From Octopus bimaculoides (taxonomy: Eukaryota): a stretch of DNA of 57,417 nucleotides. Shown in pieces: positions 49,345-57,417 of this stretch. The position numbers were made by a program, and so were the translations under genes. The stretch's first letter is position 1, and each line of letters starts with the position of its first letter. The notes beneath the pieces were generated by a model. The model was not told where the DNA came from. It saw nothing but the letters and a program-made list of their open reading frames with translations, and did not search any database. The stretch lies in NCBI RefSeq assembly GCF_001194135.2, contig NC_068982.1, positions 20,078,015 to 20,135,431 on the forward strand, read 5' to 3'.

Positions 49345-49563
49345 AACATTCCTTTCTAATTTAGGCACAACGCCCGAAATCTTTTTTGCGCGGAGGGCGC
49401 CAGTCGATTAGATCGACCCCAGTACGAAAATCGTACTTAATTTATCAACTTCGAAAAGTCGAAAGGCAAAGTCAACCTCGGCGGAATTTCAACTCAACAT
49501 AAAGACAGACAATATACCGCTAAGCATTTCGCCCGGCGTGCTAACGTTTCTGCCAGCTCACCG
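49345..49563 (-). mobile_element. 'GCGGCGAGCTGGCAGAA' SINE-like family copy
   Basis: Near-identical to units at 42620-43237 (ggcggaattt, ataccgctaagcatttcgcccggcgtgctaacgtttctgccagctcacc). Confidence 0.88.
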
Positions 49564-49949
49564 GATTGAGAATATGGTAATAATTAAAAAAATATAAGAC
49601 GCTAACAGAGTAGCGATCAGTATTGGAAAGTGTATTAGTCGCGTTGAGTAAATTTAATTTATATGGAAGGAGGTAAGCTGAGGTAGGATGTGTCACATCA
49701 TGCTGAGAAGTATTAAATTTATGAATTTGCATATAAAATGCAAGATTTCATAATCTAATTCATTTTTTTTCTTTCCTCCAATACAAGTTTCGAAATATGA
49801 AAATAATCTTTACCTGTTAGTTACGTCAAATAAGTGGCGCATTAAATTTGTGGAGAATAAACAAACTGAAGGATGTCAGGAAATTATACTATTTCATGTG
49901 GCTGTATATGGCCAGCAATTGTGGTATTAACGGAAAGAGAATTAGGAGA

Positions 49950-50330
49950 ATTCGAAAAATGTCTTCTCAAACTGACAATACTGTAGCATCGTTATGGAAT
50001 GTTAAAAGATGAGCGAGCCTGTAGGAACAGAAGAGAGAAAAGAAAACCTAAAGATGGATGGTGTCATGCTCCCTATAAAATTATCAAATTTGAGAGACGT
50101 AAGTACCTTTTTACGAATTGGCATTAAAAATGCCTGTGTTCAGTAAACTTCTTTTTAATACGTATGGTGGAACTTGTATCGGATGCAAAAGCTGCAATTC
50201 ATATTAAATAACACTAACTTCTAAATGTTTCTTTCTGTTGCAAAACATCTGGAGAAATTCCATGACGAAGATATCATGGGCACCGAAAGTCACAGAACAC
50301 AATATATTAAATTTAAGAATGATATCAGCG
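49950..50330 (+). mobile_element. Possible Merlin/ISXO2-like transposase N-terminal remnant
   Basis: IL*HRYGMLKDERACRNRREKRKPKDGWC (cf. FLQxxGLLxxxxxC..DGxxWxC) then KMPVFSKLLFNTY (cf. KLPLxKILxLIY); disrupted. Confidence 0.35.
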
Positions 50331-50679
50331 AGCAATATTTATAAGGCTAAAAATTATCATGAAGAGCTAAGTTGTTAAGTATTTTATCATTATTTATCTA
50401 AGCATGACACTATCTGTCATATCCTTAATACTGGAGTTTGAATAACATATTTCGTTATTCTCTTATCTACAGAACTCAGCTTCCTCGATCTCTAACTCCT
50501 CTTAACGAAATGTATTTTTAAAAAAGTAATGAAAAAATTGTAAATATTTTAAAGTATTTTTCTTCAAATTTCAGCTTTGCCCATAGACTTTGGCGTTTTT
50601 TAAAATTTCAGTTTTGATGAATTTTTAAATCCACACACGTAAACAACCACAATAATACACGCATATATNNNNNNNNNNT

Positions 50680-50905
50680 CACGTTCCTTGCATGGCTCTT
50701 CTCCCCCACCTGACATGGTCCAATCAAGAGGTTGATGGCACATCTGGTGTATAAGAGAATTTGACATCGCTGCCCTAAACTGCGTCTCATTACGAGCCAT
50801 TGGTTCGTCTGGTATCGTGGAGAGGAAGGCGTCAAGTTTTGTCTTGAAGACCTCCGCATCCATGTCTTGCATGTCTCTCAAATGTTTTGGCAAGGCATTT
50901 GTCTG
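50680..50905 (-). mobile_element. 3' end of a CR1/L2-like LINE
   Basis: NALPKHLRDMQDMDAEVFKTKLDAFLSTIPDEP..NSLIHQ matches the CR1-type C-terminus FNxLPxxLR..FKxKLDxFLxxIPDEP. Confidence 0.8.
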
Positions 50906-51011
50906 TGTATACATTATATACATATATGTTTGTGTATGAATGTCTATATGTATGATATCTCACATGCATATGCACTATCACTGAATATCCTTTTATATAT
51001 TATACTAAATG

Positions 51012-51013
<2 letters not shown>

Positions 51014-51069
<56 letters not shown>

Positions 51070-51090
51070 TTTATTAGTATTATTATTATT
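51014..51090. repeat. (TAT)n microsatellite
   Basis: Directly visible. Confidence 0.95.
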
Positions 51091-52186
51091 ACGTAGGTAG
51101 ATAGATATAATAAATTAAACATCTCTATCTTAGCCTTCGCAAAATACTCTCATTAATCACCTTTGTCAATAGAAATTGCACTGCTACCATCATGAATCAC
51201 ATACCAAATATGATTTATATATTACACCATTGTTCCCTCCTGCTCAGTTAGTACCATTATTGTAGACGGAATTAACGTTAATAAAACTCGCCGTATGGTT
51301 TCCAGGAATATGATAGATTTACTTCGTTCCTAAAGCATTTATAATTTTATAACGGTATGGTCTCCCCATTAGTGTTACTTATATTCATAAAAAAATTGCG
51401 GTCATTTGTAAAGACTAGGTGACGGTATTCATGAAACCCAACACTTAATGTGAATGATTCTGTCGTAAGTTATAAATTATAGAGACAAAAAGATTTGGAT
51501 ATACGTTATTCCGTCTTTTCATAGAGTCTAACTCGTATCTTAACAATTAGAATAATGTCTTTTATTTCGACGCAACATATGACTTTATCTCATTTATCTA
51601 GGCGATAAGTTTATTCTGCTATAGTGGATTACGTTCAATTACTAAAATCTAAGATATTTTGGGAGATTCGATAAGACTACATTTTGAAGGAAATATAGAA
51701 TGTATTCGAATTTATTAAGATTTCCGGGAAGTGATGTATTGTATTGACAAAAATCATCAATCATATGCAACCTGTATAACCCGAAGCATATATATAATAT
51801 AGATTTCATCCATGTATTTTATTGGAATGTTTTGCAAGCAAACTTTCTAAATTGTATTACTAGCTATTATTGAGTAGTATTAGTCCTTGTATATGCAGTA
51901 AACATTCGACATTTAATATATTTATCTGCAAGATATGCCTTCATGTAGAATCCCTTTGTGATAGAGTTACATTAAAATAGATTGAGGCATAATACAGAGT
52001 ACAGATTATTAAATAAGAAAAATGCTTTTCCCACGCAGTTTACTATTCAAGGTTTCTTGTATGAAATTACAGAATATTATCTCTTATAGTTATAGGTTCC
52101 AAACCGAAAAATTAATGGCATATCGATACAATATATAAGTAAAAATCACACAACCACACGTACACTGACACGTACATACATGTATG

Positions 52187-52219
<33 letters not shown>

Positions 52220-55200
52220 NNNNNNNNNNNNNNNNNNNNNNNNNNNNNNNNNNNNNNNNNNNNNNNNNNNNNNNNNNNNNNNNNNNNNNNNNNNNNNNNN
52301 NNNNNNNNNNNNNNNNNNNNNNNNNNNNNNNNNNNNNNNNNNNNNNNNNNNNNNNNNNNNNNNNNNNNNNNNNNNNNNNNNNNNNNNNNNNNNNNNNNNN
52401 NNNNNNNNNNNNNNNNNNNNNNNNNNNNNNNNNNNNNNNNNNNNNNNNNNNNNNNNNNNNNNNNNNNNNNNNNNNNNNNNNNNNNNNNNNNNNNNNNNNN
52501 NNNNNNNNNNNNNNNNNNNNNNNNNNNNNNNNNNNNNNNNNNNNNNNNNNNNNNNNNNNNNNNNNNNNNNNNNNNNNNNNNNNNNNNNNNNNNNNNNNNN
52601 NNNNNNNNNNNNNNNNNNNNNNNNNNNNNNNNNNNNNNNNNNNNNNNNNNNNNNNNNNNNNNNNNNNNNNNNNNNNNNNNNNNNNNNNNNNNNNNNNNNN
52701 NNNNNNNNNNNNNNNNNNNNNNNNNNNNNNNNNNNNNNNNNNNNNNNNNNNNNNNNNNNNNNNNNNNNNNNNNNNNNNNNNNNNNNNNNNNNNNNNNNNN
52801 NNNNNNNNNNNNNNNNNNNNNNNNNNNNNNNNNNNNNNNNNATATATGTATAAACATAAAGAGTGAAACATTAGTTAAATGCTCACTCAGTAACTTCAAA
52901 TATTGTATCATAGACTTTGCAAGGAAAAGACAAAAAATTCTCTGAAAGAACTTTTTAAGATTCTCTTTAATCAAACTAATTCTATATAATCCTTGCATCA
53001 AATATTTGTCGGTATGTATATGCATGTGTGTGCATAGAATTAACGATATTTCTTTCTTTATCCACAGTGAAATTTCTAACACTTTGTCTCCAATATACCT
53101 GTTTCTATTCGTAAACTTTATATATGACAGTATTTGTAATTTGAATTGATATTTATTGCAAAGTTGATGCTATTTCAGGATTACTTAGTATTTTAATACA
53201 CTGCGAGCATTTTATCTAACTTAACATATTTCAAAATTGCGCAAATGATAACTCTGCAAAAGGTAGTTTCAGACCAACAGATGACAGAAACATAGGTAGA
53301 CTCTAGAGCATTCAATTATATACATATCTAAACAAAAATCTCGACAATAACTAACACTATAGGTACACTGGCCATCCTTATTGGTTGATTAGGAATAGCT
53401 AAAGATTTTGTGAATATCACTTGAATAATATTTTTGCCTGTTTATAAAGGATTTGGATTGACGACATGTATTCAGTATTTTTCTTTACTTATGCAGATTT
53501 CGAAGCCTATCTTTATTTCTGCTGTGGCAGTTGCTGTGAATATGGTTAGCAACCAGTTTAAGCATAATATCATATTTAAAAGTTTCTAAAAGTTAATATT
53601 AAATAGAAAACAAAAAATAAAATAGCACAAACGCATATTTCAGTGACAAAATCCAATTTTCTTTTTTCTTTAGAGTGTCTATACAAAAACAAAAAAACAA
53701 AAAGAAAGAAAAACGCGCCACCATAGAGACGCGCAATTGGTCGTATGTCCCTTTGGATTGTATTGTATTAGAATACAAACAGGTCAGAAAATTATATGTG
53801 ACTAATATACATTTATACAGATTTATATGTATGTATATANNNNNNNNNNNNNNNNNNNNNNNNNNNNNNNNNNNNNNNNNNNNNNNNNNNNNNNNNNNNN
53901 NNNNNNNNNNNNNNNNNNNNNNNNNNNNNNNNNNNNNNNNNNNNNNNNNNNNNNNNNNNNNNNNNNNNNNNNNNNNNNNNNNNNNNNNNNNNNNNNNNNN
54001 NNNNNNNNNNNNNNNNNNNNNNNNNNNNNNNNNNNNNNNNNNNNNNNNNNNNNNNNNNNNNNNNNNNNNNNNNNNNNNNNNNNNNNNNNNNNNNNNNNNN
54101 NNNNNNNNNNNNNNNNNNNNNNNNNNNNNNNNNNNNNNNNNNNNNNNNNNNNNNNNNNNNNNNNNNNNNNNNNNNNNNNNNNNNNNNNNNNNNNNNNNNN
54201 NNNNNNNNNNNNNNNNNNNNNNNNNNNNNNNNNNNNNNNNNNNNNNNNNNNNNNNNNNNNNNNNNNNNNNNNNNNNNNNNNNNNNNNNNNNNNNNNNNNN
54301 NNNNNNNNNNNNNNNNNNNNNNNNNNNNNNNNNNNNNNNNNNNNNNNNNNNNNNNNNNNNNNNNNNNNNNNNNNNNNNNNNNNNNNNNNNNNNNNNNNNN
54401 NNNNNNNNNNNNNNNNNNNNNNNNNNNNNNNNNNNNNNNNNNNNNNNNNNNNNNNNNNNNNNNNNNNNNNNNNNNNNNNNNNNNNNNNNNNNNNNNNNNN
54501 NNNNNATTTATATATTTGATCCTTTATATTGAACACTCAATATTTCATCTACATTCAATACTTTCTTTCATGGTGCCATCCATTTTTATTTTATTTTATT
54601 TTATATTGCATATTGTATATTATATTATATATTGTATATTCCATATTCTATACCCCACATTAGTTCTGCAGGAATATAAATAAAACATAAAAAACAGACA
54701 GTGTTGGAACTCTTTTAAACAAAATAATATATTCCTCTATACACAATCATACAAAAAAACCACCTTTTTTGTATTTATTTTTACTCGCATATATATATAT
54801 ATATATAATACATGTATGTGTGTGTGTATGTTTCTATATATTTATAAATAGATATATCTATATATATGTGCATATATAGATATACTCACATATGCATAAA
54901 TACATACGCGACAGAAATAAGGTTTTGACACACAAAATGGTATTAGATATTTTAGCTCGTTTCCAGACCTCGGTTTAACTCACGTACATGTCAGTTATGG
55001 TATGACGTCCCTTCCATTTCTAAGCAATAACTGTTTGCATAATATTCAACGTACATGGCCCATGCTGTCAAGTATGATTCAATACATAGCATATAACTTT
55101 TGATGATGAATTTCATCTTATGATGGGTATTTGTTAGAATGAGTTTAGTTTCCTGTTTCCAAATAGGGGTGGTGTATACGATCTGTAACGTTCTGCATGG

Positions 55201-55717
55201 CAGACCTTGAACTAAATATAAATATTTCTAAATAGTTGTGCATTGATAGGATTTACTAACGTAATAATTCACTTTCACTTTCACTTTCATTTTGTCTTCC
55301 TATTTCGAAATACCCATATGCAGTTTTACAAATGAGCTGTCGGAAGGAGTTGGTGTGATGTTCTACGAAATAATTTAATGGATGCTCTGCTAGTCGGGAT
55401 CCATATTGTAAATAATTTATCTCAATAGATTACGCATATTCCAATGCATTTATCTTTCGGCTACAAAGCTTGCTAATTCGTATATTCATCATTTGTCGGA
55501 ACGTCTTAGTTATACGACAAAATTCATTTCTCAAAGTGAGGATGTATTCTTTAAGCGTATATTTTGCATTATTAAGAAGGTCTGTAGAAGACAAACCATA
55601 CAGAAATACGTTTCAAATAATATACACTTATACACGCACTCAATTAGGAACATTTATATGCGTAGAGATACATTATCATGCAAATTCATATATTTGTTTT
55701 CTCTGGACTCACACACG

Positions 55718-55753
<36 letters not shown>

Positions 55754-56697
55754 ACACACACACACACACACACATACACACACACACTCACATATATTTA
55801 TAGATGATTAAGACACATAGGCAAGACGGGCGCGTACAAACATNNNNNNNNNNNNNNNNNNNNNNNNNNNNNNNNNNNNNNNNNNNNNNNNNNNNNNNNN
55901 NNNNNNNNNNNNNNNNNNNNNNNNNNNNNNNNNNNNNNNNNNNNNNNNNNNNNNNNNNNNNNNNNNNNNNNNNNNNNNNNNNNNNNNNNNNNNNNNNNNN
56001 NNNNNNNNNNNNNNNNNNNNNNNNNNNNNNNNNNNNNNNNNNNNNNNNNNNNNNNNNNNNNNNNNNNNNNNNNNNNNNNNNNNNNNNNNNNNNNNNNNNN
56101 NNNNNNNNNNNNNNNNNNNNNNNNNNNNNNNNNNNNNNNNNNNNNNNNNNNNNNNNNNNNNNNNNNNNNNNNNNNNNNNNNNNNNNNNNNNNNNNNNNNN
56201 NATATCTACGATATCCTACAAATTAATAATAAAGCATATGGAATTGCCATACCAGACACACTAAGGTTTTAGGCCCATCGTTAAGAGGAAAAATCATCTC
56301 GTTTGAGAATATGTATCTATCGATGATCATGTCCTGAAGGTGCCTCTTCAACTGCTGAACGTATAAAAAGGTTAATAAAACAGTACAAAATGTTTGATTG
56401 CCTGTTGCTCCCCAGCGACTGGGGGCCATTCTTTGAGGTATAAGGTAACATTGTATAAGAATAAAGATAATCAACCAAATAATCGGATCCAAACTTCGAA
56501 ATTTGATCACTATTACCAGCAATCCATACAATTTTTAACGATTTTTTTACTCTATCTATCAATCTATCTATCTGTCTATATAATTATATTTTTAGATGAG
56601 GGGTATAAACAACAACTTCGAAGTTTCGGCTAACTCATCTTCATCAAACAGTCTGTTCGTTTTACTAAACTACAATAAATATACATTCTACATAATG

Positions 56698-56850
56698 CGG
56701 CGAGCTGGCAGAAAGTTAGCACACCGAGTTCAAATTCCGCCGAGGTCGACATTGCCTTTCATCTTTTCGGGGTCGTTGCATACTGGAGTCGATCTAATCG
56801 ACTGCTCCTCCCCCAAAATTTCGTGCCTTATGCCTAGAGTTGAATGGAAT
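56698..56850 (+). mobile_element. 'GCGGCGAGCTGGCAGAA' SINE-like copy with internal deletions
   Basis: gcggcgagctggcagaaagttagcac|cgagttcaaattccgccgaggtcgac..ttcgtgccttatgcctagagt. Confidence 0.85.
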
Positions 56851-57013
56851 ATATATTCTACAAAATGTGTCATATAATCATTCGGTTTAATGTGAAATTG
56901 TTTTTATTATAACTCAACATAGCAACAAACATATATCTACCTACCTACCTACCTACCTACCTACCTACCTACCTACGCACATACATACAACATACTACCT
57001 GAATATCAATCAT

Positions 57014-57331
57014 GAGAAATTCGGCTTCTCAAAACTAGAAAGGAGAGATCTGATTAGATGGCTACAGATTAAAACCATCTCTGGAACTGTAAACATCTGT
57101 AAAACTTTCCAGAGGTTTATCATTTCAGTATATAGGAGCATATCTAAATATGCAAGCATATGCATGAGAAAACGTACATAAAACAGCCATACAAATCTGA
57201 ACGCGTACGTACATACATGAAAAAAATATCCTGTTGTTGATGTTGAAATTCCAGTAAAGGAGTCTTGAATCTAAATTAGAATCCGGACCTTTCTCTATTA
57301 GCAAGAAATCTCGACGTAAAACCGAATAAAG
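57014..57331 (+). mobile_element. 3' end and 3' UTR of RLE LINE family X
   Basis: EKFGFSKLERRDLIRWLQIKTISGTVNICKTFQRFII, homologous to the C-terminus and UTR at 13397-13720. Confidence 0.85.
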
Positions 57332-57351
57332 ACATACATATACATACAGAA

Positions 57352-57355
<4 letters not shown>

Positions 57356-57417
<62 letters not shown>
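57356..57417. repeat. (CA)n microsatellite
   Basis: Directly visible. Confidence 0.95.

Noticed and set aside
43890-56226. Long ORFs of 220-420 aa in the ORF track
   Set aside because: They run through N gaps and microsatellites.
56619-56648. Another hammerhead-like word on the minus strand (TTGATGAAG...AGCCGAAACTTC)
   Set aside because: Core and stems too degenerate to call.

Overview
AT-rich eukaryotic, repeat-dense, gappy (14 N-runs) genomic window. The SINE/LINE repertoire and microsatellite load look like a cephalopod (Octopus-like) draft assembly (inference). No intact protein-coding gene, true tRNA/rRNA gene or CRISPR array can be supported; nearly all listed ORFs are microsatellite or N-gap artefacts. 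The recognisable content is mobile DNA: Penelope-like (PLE) RT and GIY-YIG fragments, PLE-type terminal repeats with hammerhead-like motifs, a decayed RTE LINE, CR1/Jockey-like LINE remnants, five pieces of restriction-like-endonuclease (R4/Dong-like) LINEs, several SINE families, two adjacent MITEs, and pogo/Tigger-like and possible Merlin-like transposase remnants. The best candidate for an unusual system is at 12619-13014: a TSD-flanked, fold-back insertion of a tRNA-headed SINE-like element whose 3' part is a structurally complete PLE-type minimal hammerhead ribozyme, suggesting a Pol III SINE mobilised by Penelope machinery. Second is an RLE-LINE family with two copies embedded in (ACAT)n microsatellites.
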